A DNA stretch of 59,983 bases from Methylotenera sp. (lineage in GTDB: Bacteria > Pseudomonadota > Gammaproteobacteria > Burkholderiales > Methylophilaceae). Within the stretch, counting starts at the first letter, position 1. Each line of letters opens with the position of its first letter. Below are positions 19,367 through 28,559 of this stretch, one piece after another. Below the pieces are notes generated by a model that ran no database searches, was not told where the DNA came from, and worked only from the letters and a program-made list of their open reading frames with translations. The stretch covers positions 1-59,983 of the forward strand of contig JANOHT010000103.1 in NCBI GenBank assembly GCA_031406605.1, in the 5' to 3' direction. Both the position numbers and the translations under genes were made by a program.

Positions 19367-20002
19367 TTACTTGTCAGAAAACTCTGCCGCCAGCATGTCT
19401 TGTATAAGCTCTAGTCTGACTAAGGGGCTGTCTAGCTCTAGCATTCTTTGTTTTTGGATGAGTGGCATATTGATGATTTCGCACCAACGGTTTGCAACCC
19501 ACCCACACTCGTTAATTTTATAGGGCTTGCCAATTGGCATGTCTATCTCGGCAAGGTTTTGCTCACTTAATGCTTCAATAAGTCGTTGCAGGTGTACTTT
19601 CGTGATCTGTAGGTCGTCTGGAATCAGCATGCTTGGCTCGTTAGCAATATCCTCAACCTCGCCTATCCATAGCCCGTCTTTTTGTTGCGTTGCTGATTTA
19701 ACATGAAATCTGTGCTGACCTAAGCAACGAATCGTAATCAGTCCGGGTGTAGTGGCATCTGTATCCAATATGGTAAAAGCGGTGCCCACCTTGGCAAAGG
19801 GTATGAGTTCTTTGTCATCCGCCATCACATCATTTTCAGCATGACTGTCTAAATATACGGCTACCACGCCAAAAGGTGTTTTGTTACGCAAACAAGCACT
19901 TACCATGTCTAGGTAACGCATTTCAAATATCCTGAGTGGCAGCAATCCCTCAGGAAAAATGACCACATTTAGTGGAAACAGCGGTAAAGAATAGTGTGTC
20001 AT
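19367..20002 (-). CDS. LON peptidase substrate-binding domain protein
   Basis: LPLFPL.VVIFP.G.LPLRIFE.RYLDMV. No AAA or protease domain. Confidence 0.88.
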   Translation of the reverse strand: MTHYSLPLFPLNVVIFPEGLLPLRIFEMRYLDMVSACLRNKTPFGVVAVYLDSHAENDVMADDKELIPFAKVGTAFTILDTDATTPGLITIRCLGQHRFHVKSATQQKDGLWIGEVEDIANEPSMLIPDDLQITKVHLQRLIEALSEQNLAEIDMPIGKPYKINECGWVANRWCEIINMPLIQKQRMLELDSPLVRLELIQDMLAAEFSDK

Positions 20003-20391
20003 GAGTGATCGATAATGCCTGAACGAAGATTAAAAAATTATTTTTGCTTCAGCAGTGATGACAGTTTCTAATGTTGCCAGTTCATTCAATATGGCACAAG
20101 CCAAAGTATACAAAAACCCAAGTGATTGCGAGGTCATCGGTAATCACTGGTTGCTAAATACAACCACAGTGCCACCAGATTCATTATCCCTTCAATTGGT
20201 GGAAAATCGTTGAAGCAGTGATACTACTCAATCACTGTGCGTGAGAATTGCCAAAACGGGATAGTGCGTTTGCTAACAAAGTTACATGATGTGCGATATC
20301 AACGATATTTAGTATAAGAAAGATGTAAAAATTCGGTGATTATTAATGAAATTATTCTGATAAGCGACACTACAATTAAAAGGAATTATTT

Positions 20392-21759
20392 ATGAGTTCA
20401 TCATTAAAAGCAACGCTGAATGGCTGGCATTTGTGGGGTCTTGCCGTCGGTTTAGTGATATCGGGTGAGTATTTTGGCTGGAGTTACGGCTGGGATAAAG
20501 CGGGCACTTTGGGGTTTTTGGTAACCTCTATTCTAATTGCCATTATGTATACCACCTTTATTTTTAGTTTTACTGAGTTAACTACTTCAATTCCGCATGC
20601 TGGGGGTCCCTTTGCTTATGCACGACGCGCTTTTGGTTCTAAAATGGCTTATGTTGCCGGTTTTGCAACGTTAATTGAGTTTGTGTTCGCACCACCTGCT
20701 ATTGCGATGGCCATTGGCGCTTACTTAAACGTACAGTTTCCCGGAGTTAATCCAACATCCTTTGCGATTGGCGCTTACGTGATATTCGTTGGACTGAATA
20801 TTGTTGGCGTACGTATTGCCGCAACGTTCGAATTATTTGTCACGGTGCTGGCTATTTTTGAACTGTTAGTCTTTATGGGCGTGGTTTCTCCAGGTTTTTC
20901 TATGGCTAATTTCGTAGCTGGTGGATGGTCAGGTCAAAACGATTTCACCATGGCGGCAATTCCTGGCATGGTGGCTGCTATACCGTTTGCAATTTGGTTT
21001 TTCTTGGCGATTGAAGGGGTTGCGATGGCCGCAGAAGAGGCAAAAGATCCTAGAAGAACGATTCCTAGAGCTTACATTGGCGGCATTTTAACCTTGGTAG
21101 TGTTGGCGATTGGCGTCATGGTATTTGCAGGTGGGGCCGGTGATTGGAAAACGCTGTCAAATATTAACGACCCATTACCACAAGCCATGAAAATGATTGT
21201 TGGTGAGAATAGTGGCTGGTTACATATGTTGGTATGGATTGGCTTGTTCGGGTTGGTTGCTTCTTTCCATGGAATTATTCTTGGTTATTCACGCCAAATT
21301 TTTGCACTATCGCGTGCAGGTTATATGCCTAAGTATTTCGGTGTTGTGAATGATAAATTCAAAACACCGCATCGTGCGATTATTGCAGGTGCAGTGGTAG
21401 GTATGGCAGCGATTTTAGGTGATAGCTTTAAGTTTGCAGGACAATCACTTACTGCCAACTTAATTACCATGGCAGTGTTCGGTGCGATTGTGATGTACAT
21501 TGTTTCTATGCTAAGTCTATTTGCATTACGTAAAAATGAGCCAAATTTGGATCGCCCATTTACCGCGTTTGCATATCCTTTGTTTCCAACTATTGCGCTA
21601 ACCTTAGCTTCAATAAGCTTAGTGACCATGATTTATTTTAATCAACAATTGACTATCGTGTTCTTTGGTTTAATGGCATTAGGTTACGTATATTTCAGTA
21701 TGACGCAACATCACCGTGATGCTTCTGCTGATAACAAGGTTGCTGCTGCTTTAAGTTGA
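20392..21759 (+). CDS. eat: Ethanolamine permease
   Basis: LWGLAVGLVISGEYFGWSYG and IPFAIWFFLAIEG. Upstream of eutBC. Confidence 0.93.
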   Translation: MSSSLKATLNGWHLWGLAVGLVISGEYFGWSYGWDKAGTLGFLVTSILIAIMYTTFIFSFTELTTSIPHAGGPFAYARRAFGSKMAYVAGFATLIEFVFAPPAIAMAIGAYLNVQFPGVNPTSFAIGAYVIFVGLNIVGVRIAATFELFVTVLAIFELLVFMGVVSPGFSMANFVAGGWSGQNDFTMAAIPGMVAAIPFAIWFFLAIEGVAMAAEEAKDPRRTIPRAYIGGILTLVVLAIGVMVFAGGAGDWKTLSNINDPLPQAMKMIVGENSGWLHMLVWIGLFGLVASFHGIILGYSRQIFALSRAGYMPKYFGVVNDKFKTPHRAIIAGAVVGMAAILGDSFKFAGQSLTANLITMAVFGAIVMYIVSMLSLFALRKNEPNLDRPFTAFAYPLFPTIALTLASISLVTMIYFNQQLTIVFFGLMALGYVYFSMTQHHRDASADNKVAAALS

Positions 21760-21769
21760 TTGAGTTGAG

Positions 21770-21796
21770 CCGCGCTAGTATGTTTCACTAGCGCGG
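21770..21796. other. Intercistronic hairpin between eat and eutB
   Basis: ccgcgctagt-N7-actagcgcgg, a 10-bp stem with no U-tract. Confidence 0.5.
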
Positions 21797-21846
21797 TGTA
21801 AGCTCTTTAGTTTGGATCGCCAGATTTATACAAAGGTTATTGCATC

Positions 21847-23259
21847 ATGGCTTATCGCTATATTGTCGGTACGCATACCTATCTTTTTTCCGACCTAAAA
21901 GAACTATTGGCCAAGGCCACCCCAGCGCGTTCGGGTGATTATCTTGCAGGCTTAGCTGCTGAAACCTATGCCGAACGTATGGCTGCTAGAATGTGTTTGG
22001 CAGAAATTCCGCTCAAGCGGTTTTTAGAGGAATTAATTATTCCTTATGAAACTGATGAAGTCACACGGTTAATTGTAGATACCCACGATAAGCAGGCTTT
22101 TGTTGAAATTAGCCATCTGACCGTAGGTGATTTTCGTGATTGGCTACTCTCGGATATTGCAGATTCAGCTACGTTAAAGCGCGTAGCGCCGGGTATTACG
22201 CCTGAAATGGCGGCTGCCGTTAGCAAGTTAATGCGTAATCAAGACTTGATTCTGGTCGCCAAAAAGTGCCATGTGATCACCACCTTTAGAAACACCATCG
22301 GCTTACCTGGGCATATTTCCGTACGCCTGCAGCCCAACCACCCTACCGACGACGCGCGAGGAATTGCTGCCTCAATGTTAGATGGTTTGTTATACGGTGC
22401 AGGCGATGCCGTCATTGGTATTAATCCTGCCACCGATAGCTTGCCTGCACTGATGGATTTGTATTATCTGGTGGATGAGGTGATCAATCAGTACAACATT
22501 CCTACGCAATCGTGCATTCTTACGCATGTGACGAATCAAATTCAGTTGATAGAAAAAGGGGCGCCTATCGACTTAGTGTTTCAATCGATTGCTGGTACAG
22601 AAAAAGCGAACAAAAGTTTTGGTATTGATATTGCCTTGCTTAGAGAAGCGCAGTCAGCGGCGCTTTCGCTTAACCGAGGTACCGTAAAAAATGAGCACGG
22701 TAGCAGTAACGTCATGTACTTTGAAACAGGGCAAGGCTCGGTACTTTCTGCCAATGCCAACTTTGGGGTTGACCAGCAAACCTGCGAAGCGCGTGCTTAC
22801 GCAATCGCTCGGCACCTGTCACCATTACTGACCAATACCGTTGTCGGTTTTATTGGCCCTGAGTATCTGTATGATGGTAAGCAAATTATCCGTGCTGGGT
22901 TAGAAGATCATTTCTGTGGCAAATTACTTGGTGTGCCCTTAGGTTGCGATGTTTGCTACACCAATCATGCCGAAGCTGATCAGGACGATATGGACACTTT
23001 GATGACATTGCTCGCCACGGCTGGTTTAACCTTTATCATGGGGATTCCAGGTGCTGATGACATTATGTTGAATTATCAAACGACATCGTTCCATGATGCG
23101 CTCTATTTGCGCAAAGTGTTGGGTTTGCGTGCTGCACCGGAGTTTGAGCAATGGCTAAAAACAATGAATATTATGGATGCTCACGGGAAAATCCAGCCAG
23201 TGACCAAAGCGCATGGCATGTTACAAAATATGCCAAGAAACTTACTAAATGCAGCTTAA
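21847..23259 (+). CDS. eutB: Ethanolamine ammonia-lyase large subunit
   Basis: RLQPNHPTDD, YFETGQGS, GCDVCYTNH, DDIMLNYQTTSFHD. Confidence 0.97.
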   Translation: MAYRYIVGTHTYLFSDLKELLAKATPARSGDYLAGLAAETYAERMAARMCLAEIPLKRFLEELIIPYETDEVTRLIVDTHDKQAFVEISHLTVGDFRDWLLSDIADSATLKRVAPGITPEMAAAVSKLMRNQDLILVAKKCHVITTFRNTIGLPGHISVRLQPNHPTDDARGIAASMLDGLLYGAGDAVIGINPATDSLPALMDLYYLVDEVINQYNIPTQSCILTHVTNQIQLIEKGAPIDLVFQSIAGTEKANKSFGIDIALLREAQSAALSLNRGTVKNEHGSSNVMYFETGQGSVLSANANFGVDQQTCEARAYAIARHLSPLLTNTVVGFIGPEYLYDGKQIIRAGLEDHFCGKLLGVPLGCDVCYTNHAEADQDDMDTLMTLLATAGLTFIMGIPGADDIMLNYQTTSFHDALYLRKVLGLRAAPEFEQWLKTMNIMDAHGKIQPVTKAHGMLQNMPRNLLNAA

Positions 23260-23296
23260 ATTTAGTTGATGCTAACGTGATGTCAATGAATAATGT

Positions 23297-24124
23297 ATGA
23301 GTAAAATACCTAAAGATACCTTGCCGGCGGCACATTTATCAGCAGACCCTTGGCTTCAACTCAGAGGTTTTACGCGCGCGCGCATTGCACTTGGGCGCGT
23401 AGGTAGTAGTTTGCCGACTAAAGAGGTGTTAGATTTTGGTTTAGCACATGCCATGGCGCGCGATGCTGTACATTTGGCATTGGATGTGGACGCGCTGGAA
23501 AAGGGTATACAGTCACAAGGGTTTACTACCATTCGCGTGCATAGCAAAGCGCCCGATCGATCAAGTTATCTACTTCGGCCAGATTTAGGTCGAAGGTTAA
23601 CTGATCAAAGCTTAGCTGAATTGGAGAATCAGGCCGCACTTAAAAGTAGCGCTACTGAACCTATTGATTTTATGGTTGTGGTGGGTGATGGTCTGTCGTC
23701 ACTGGCTGTAGCACGCCATGTACAGCCACTACTCGTGGAGATGCTTAAATTTCTCCCAGTAGAATGGAAACTGGGCCCTGTGGTTATTGCAAGTCAGGCG
23801 CGCGTCGCGGTCGCCGACGAGGTTGGACAAGCGCTCGGTGCGCGCATGGTGGCAATGTTGATAGGTGAGCGGCCAGGATTGAGTTCTCCGGATAGTTTAG
23901 GCATTTATCTTACTTATAATCCCAAGGTTGGATTAAGCGACGCGGATCGTAACTGTATTTCTAATGTACGTCCTGAAGGCTTACATTATCAAGCTGCCGC
24001 AAAGAAACTATTATGGTTAGCGAAAGAAGCGGCACGTCTTAAAGTGTCTGGCGTCGCGTTAAAAGATGAGAGCGATATTCAGGAAATAGACCAAAAATCT
24101 ACACTGAAAATTAGTGAACGGTGA
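23297..24124 (+). CDS. eutC: Ethanolamine ammonia-lyase small subunit
   Basis: TRARIALGR, YLLRPDLGR, LIGERPGL, RNCISN. Confidence 0.97.
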   Translation: MSKIPKDTLPAAHLSADPWLQLRGFTRARIALGRVGSSLPTKEVLDFGLAHAMARDAVHLALDVDALEKGIQSQGFTTIRVHSKAPDRSSYLLRPDLGRRLTDQSLAELENQAALKSSATEPIDFMVVVGDGLSSLAVARHVQPLLVEMLKFLPVEWKLGPVVIASQARVAVADEVGQALGARMVAMLIGERPGLSSPDSLGIYLTYNPKVGLSDADRNCISNVRPEGLHYQAAAKKLLWLAKEAARLKVSGVALKDESDIQEIDQKSTLKISER

Positions 24125-24178
24125 TTCAAAAAGCATCTGTGATTCAATAGACTAAGTAAGCGTCATATTTAAATAACT

Positions 24179-25204
24179 TCAGGCGGGGTAGGTAAATTCA
24201 ACCTTAATTGGGTGTAACCGTTTATAGGTAACTGATGGGAGTTCACCAAACATTTTTTTATACTCTTGTGAAAAGTGACCAAAATGCCAAAATCCCCAAT
24301 GCGCGGCAGCCTCGGTGACTGAGTTTGCTGTTTTGAGCATACTGCGCACGCCGTTTAATCTTTCTGCCCTTAAGTAAGCCATTGGCGTTGTATTTAACAA
24401 GTTTTGAAAACAATACTGCAAAGTACGTCGACTGACACTTAGTTGTTGGCACACTTCAGCGACGCTAATAGGCATATCAGCATGCTGATGTACTAGCTCG
24501 CGTGTTTCGCCAATGATATTCCAGCATTTTGCATAGGTGATTGCATGATGCGCTAATTTATCCGTCGCAGCTGAGCCATCGATTAAACATTCAGTTAATA
24601 GTGAGATGACAGTTTGGCTAAGTGAAGCCTTATTTTGCGTATTTTCTAGTAGTTGCGGTTCAAGGCGGATCATTTCAAATGCACCAGCCATAAAGTCACG
24701 CACGGCATTTGTTTTTGTGTTATCTAAGTTAAGAAGGTTTGCATGGGCAATATGGCGTAGCGCAGATTGCCTGTCTTCAGCACCTAGCGAATTTAAAAGC
24801 GTGTCGCGCCCAACCGAAATGCCACCCATCAGCAATTGAGTAGGCGAGAAAAACTCAAAACCCTCTTTCCCAGAAAAAATATGCATTGAATGATAATCGC
24901 AGGCCGAGCCGCAAAATAAGCCATTGCTGCTAAATTGCAGCGGCACACCAACAGCAATCACATCTTCGGCTAATTGCCCATGTTGAAACATGCTTTGGCT
25001 CGTGTATTCGAGAAATAAATGAATACCATCAAAACGCATTTCAGAAACATAGCCTTCAAAACGCCCTGATGAAATCTGTGCATAATCTTGGTTCCAACCC
25101 TGTAATAAGGCCGCTTGTTCTGCAAAATCACCGGTGCGCTTAAACCCTACAAACGAAGATGCAGACGCATTAACGGGCGATTTAATGTGACGAAGAGGTA
25201 GCAT
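24179..25204 (-). CDS. eutR: AraC-family regulator, EutR-like
   Basis: W.QDY.Q...G.F.G N-domain and C-terminal HTH (VSRRTLQYCF, WGFWHFGHFSQEYK.MFGELPS). Start moved to ATG 25204 because TTG 25231 lies upstream of the predicted +1. Confidence 0.85.
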   Translation of the reverse strand: MLPLRHIKSPVNASASSFVGFKRTGDFAEQAALLQGWNQDYAQISSGRFEGYVSEMRFDGIHLFLEYTSQSMFQHGQLAEDVIAVGVPLQFSSNGLFCGSACDYHSMHIFSGKEGFEFFSPTQLLMGGISVGRDTLLNSLGAEDRQSALRHIAHANLLNLDNTKTNAVRDFMAGAFEMIRLEPQLLENTQNKASLSQTVISLLTECLIDGSAATDKLAHHAITYAKCWNIIGETRELVHQHADMPISVAEVCQQLSVSRRTLQYCFQNLLNTTPMAYLRAERLNGVRSMLKTANSVTEAAAHWGFWHFGHFSQEYKKMFGELPSVTYKRLHPIKVEFTYPA

Positions 25205-25237
25205 GATGATCGCTTTCGTATCAGGTACCAATTATCA

Positions 25238-25253
25238 TGCAATAATTACGCCA
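25238..25253 (-). promoter_or_regulatory. Sigma54 promoter of eutR
   Basis: Minus strand TGGCGTAATTATTGCA. Confidence 0.7.
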
Positions 25254-25301
25254 AAAAAAACAGCTATATTTATACAAATCAAGTAGATATTTGCATTTTT
25301 G

Positions 25302-25348
25302 TGCACCAAAAATTTGCATAACGACCATTTTTGCACCTAACTGCCGCA
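25302..25348. promoter_or_regulatory. Tandem NtrC-like enhancer sites
   Basis: TGCACCAAAAATTTGCA (25302-25318) and TGCACCTAACTGCCGCA (25332-25348), compared with consensus TGCACC-N5-GGTGCA. Confidence 0.6.
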
Positions 25349-25479
25349 TACATGAAATGTGAGTCTGTGATGAAAAAAGTGCATTGATAGAACCGTTCAC
25401 TCACCCTAACAGGCTACCCAATAACTACCTTTCAACCAATGCGCTATTTTTTAAGAGGTTGTTAGGCTGACGACTAGAA

Positions 25480-26718
25480 TTAATGAAGTTGATGTAACTC
25501 TAGCTTTCTTAATTTCGGTGCTAACTTGGCAGTAAAACCAACTACGGTTAGCGTCATTAATCCACCAAATATCACAGAAGGTACCAAGCCCATCAAGCGT
25601 GCGGCAAACCCAGACTCGAAGGCGCCTAGTTCATTAGATGAGCCAATAAAAATACCATTAATCGCTGATACGCGCCCTCTCATGGCGTCAGGTGTAGCCA
25701 GTTGCAGTATGGTTGTGCGCATCACGATCGAGATGCCGTCACAAATACCTGAAAGCAGTAACAGTCCTGCTGCAACCCAAAAAGAAGTGCTAATGCCAAA
25801 GCCGATAATGCAAAAGCCGAAGCCAGCAACTGCCGCTAGCAACCAACGGCCTGCATGAAAGTTAATGGGGTAACGCGTTAGCACGAGGCCGGTCATGATG
25901 GCACCCACTGCAGGTGCAGCACGCATGATGCCTAACCCTTCAGGGCCCAAGTGATAAACGTCTTGAATGAACGCGGGCAGCATGGCAACGGCCCCGCCAA
26001 ATAGTACTGCGAACATATCCAACGAAAGTGCACCTAATACAATTTGGTTGCTAAAAACAAAGCGCAAGCCCTGTGCAATGCTCGTAAATACCGCTGGACT
26101 ATCTTTTACAGGTGCCGGTTCTTTTATTCTGAGTGACCACATCGCGGTTGCGGCACCAAAACATAATAAGGTGGCAAGTGAGTAAGCCATCGTTTTGCTG
26201 GCAAACCCCACTAGCAAACCACCTATCGCAGGACCAACGACCAAGCCTGTTTGAAAAACAGAGCTACCAATACCAGAAGCTCGCGCGTACTGTTCTCGTG
26301 GCAAAATAAGCGCAAATAGTGTCGTATAGCTGGGCGCGATAAAGGCGCGAGCAACACCTGTGAAAGCAATTGAAAAGTAAATCCAGATGCTGGCATCCGG
26401 GCTTAAGCTGTGCCCAATAACGCCCATAGAAATAGCAGTAAGCGTGATTGCGTTGACACCTAACATAATGGCAGCCAGCATGCCAAAGATACGGCGTGAG
26501 TAATGGTGGTCTACTGCATGGCCTGCAAAAAGTGCAGTACAAAAATAAGGTATAACTTCTGCCAGCCCAATTAAACCTAGTGCTAAGGTGTCGTGGGTAA
26601 TTTCATAAATATGCCAGCCAACTGCGACTGCCATGATTTGGTAGGCCAATACGATTTGGATGCGAAAAGCTAAAAGTTTGAGAAATGCGTGGTTGTGATA
26701 AGTAAAAATTTGGTTCAT
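25480..26718 (-). CDS. MFS transporter (EntS/MFS_3-like)
   Basis: About 12 TM segments, LDMFAVLFGGA, TPDAMRGRV, SNELGAFESG. Confidence 0.88.
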   Translation of the reverse strand: MNQIFTYHNHAFLKLLAFRIQIVLAYQIMAVAVGWHIYEITHDTLALGLIGLAEVIPYFCTALFAGHAVDHHYSRRIFGMLAAIMLGVNAITLTAISMGVIGHSLSPDASIWIYFSIAFTGVARAFIAPSYTTLFALILPREQYARASGIGSSVFQTGLVVGPAIGGLLVGFASKTMAYSLATLLCFGAATAMWSLRIKEPAPVKDSPAVFTSIAQGLRFVFSNQIVLGALSLDMFAVLFGGAVAMLPAFIQDVYHLGPEGLGIMRAAPAVGAIMTGLVLTRYPINFHAGRWLLAAVAGFGFCIIGFGISTSFWVAAGLLLLSGICDGISIVMRTTILQLATPDAMRGRVSAINGIFIGSSNELGAFESGFAARLMGLVPSVIFGGLMTLTVVGFTAKLAPKLRKLELHQLH

Positions 26719-27234
26719 TTAAAAGATTAAGAGTTGGCTTTAAAATTAAGGTGCTAAGTATTTGTCGATTATTTTTTGATCAAAGATTAATCTCTATTTT
26801 AATGGTTGATAAGGAGATTGCCTAAATGATTGTGTATATCAAGTAGATTGATGTGTAAAATTACTGCGTTAGTGCAGAGAATAAGGCAGTAAGTGAGGCT
26901 AGATTAAGCAACTTTTTGTTCTGGATTTAGGTTTCACCGATGAGTCGTCATTGACCTAGTGTGACTCTGCTGATATAGATTAGGCGCACTAACCCTAAAC
27001 ATTTTTCATTGCTCTATTTTAATTAAGTATCCCCTACTTATCTTTGATATTTATTTTGTCACACTGTCAACGCGTTATGGATATTTGCGTTCTTTTCTAT
27101 GGCTTAGCTAGTTAAGCCGCTCTAGCAATGGAGTTTTAATCATAGAGGCGTGCTGTTATCAGCGATCTGCCTCAATAATGCATTAGCCAGCACTAGCGTT
27201 GGCATTAGTCAATAAAATTAATTTAAGGAATGTT

Positions 27235-27726
27235 ATGAAAAAAGTATTACTGGCTACTTTACTTGCACTAGGTGTTTCGAACACAGCTTTTGCAGATGAT
27301 ATTGTTGACTCTGCGATTGCAGACGGATCACTAAAAACACTAGTGACAGCGCTTCAAGCAGCTGGACTCACTGATACGTTGAAAGGCACGGGTCCTTTCA
27401 CAGTATTTGCACCTAACGATGCAGCATTCGCTAAGTTACCAAAAGCTAAGTTAGATGCATTGCTGAGTGATAAAGCTGCACTTACTAAATTACTGACGGC
27501 TCACGTTGTTGCAGGAAAAATTACAGCAGAAGATGTACAGGCTGGCAAAGTCAAATCAATTGAAGGCCATGAGTTAAAGTTAGATGTGTCTGAAGGTATT
27601 AAAATTGACAATATTCCAGTGGTGGGTGGTGGTGATATTAGGGCTGACAACGGTGAAATTCATATTATCGACAGTGTGTTAATGCAAGAGCCAACAAGTA
27701 AAAAGAAAGTTGCTAAAAAGAAATAA
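27235..27726 (+). CDS. Secreted fasciclin (FAS1) domain protein
   Basis: Signal peptide, GPFTVFAPNDAAF, ADNGEIHIIDSVL. Start moved to ATG 27235 (RBS aagga). Confidence 0.92.
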   Translation: MKKVLLATLLALGVSNTAFADDIVDSAIADGSLKTLVTALQAAGLTDTLKGTGPFTVFAPNDAAFAKLPKAKLDALLSDKAALTKLLTAHVVAGKITAEDVQAGKVKSIEGHELKLDVSEGIKIDNIPVVGGGDIRADNGEIHIIDSVLMQEPTSKKKVAKKK

Positions 27727-27752
27727 CAAAAATTAGTTTTTTGAACTGATTG

Positions 27753-27788
27753 AAAGCGGGTGATGACACTGTTATCACCCGCTTTTTT
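27753..27788 (+). terminator. Intrinsic terminator
   Basis: aaagcgggtgatgac-act-gttatcacccgc-tttttt. Confidence 0.85.
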
Positions 27789-27812
27789 AATTCGGAAAGC
27801 TAACTAATATAG

Positions 27813-28430
27813 CTATTTTGGCACACGCCACAGATACCAGCTGGCAATCGTGCGATATGGACTCCATGACTTGCCAATCTCAGCAATCTCTTTACGTTTA
27901 GGTGCAGACGCTAGTTTTTTAAGTCGTTTGTAACCCTCTACAATTGCAAAATCATCAGCAGGCAAGACATCCATGCGTTTTAGTGTGAATATAAGTAACA
28001 TTTCTACTGTCCAGCGACCTATGCCTTTAAGTGATACTAAACGATCTATCAATTCTTCGTCTGTCATTTCATCAGCGGCAATACGTGTAGGTACTAGTCC
28101 ATTTAGTGCACCTTCGGCAATGCCATGAATCGTCTCGATTTTACGGGCAGAAAATCCGCATGCACGCAATGCGTCAAATTCGGTGGCTAATAATGCGGCT
28201 GGCGCAGGAAATACATCATCATAAATGTTAAGTAAACGCTTAATAATCGCATCTCCAGCTTTGGTGTGTAGTTGCTGATAAGCAACCGCACGTATCAGCG
28301 CCTCATAAGGCTCACGTTCAGGTTTTGCTTCAAATGTGCATAGCCCCACGGTTTCAATCAAATGCGCCCAGTCTTTATCTAGGTTAGAAAGAAAGATTGA
28401 AGCTTGTTGATGAAGGTTGTTATCTGGCAT
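27813..28430 (-). CDS. DNA-3-methyladenine glycosylase, AlkA/HhH-GPD family
   Basis: AVAYQQL, LKGIGRWTVEM, DVLPADD, WSPYRTIASWYLW. Probable start ATG 28430. Confidence 0.9.
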   Translation of the reverse strand: MPDNNLHQQASIFLSNLDKDWAHLIETVGLCTFEAKPEREPYEALIRAVAYQQLHTKAGDAIIKRLLNIYDDVFPAPAALLATEFDALRACGFSARKIETIHGIAEGALNGLVPTRIAADEMTDEELIDRLVSLKGIGRWTVEMLLIFTLKRMDVLPADDFAIVEGYKRLKKLASAPKRKEIAEIGKSWSPYRTIASWYLWRVPK

Positions 28431-28559
28431 ACGGGTTACCTTGCGTTGCATCAAAGTGCTAATGAATGGATGATAGTACGATTGACAGTGTAATTTCATA
28501 AAGAAGTTACTGCTTTAATAAACAACTATTTTTAGACTTAATTTGATGATTGGAATGTA

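Noticed and set aside
20090-20110. Sigma54 promoter at tggcacaagccaaag upstream of eat
   Set aside because: The -24 element is present but there is no TGC at -12.
26930-26970. Hammerhead ribozyme suggested by ccgatgag
   Set aside because: The core is CCGAUGA rather than CUGAUGA, and no GAAA follows the stem. Kept only as an unassigned structure.
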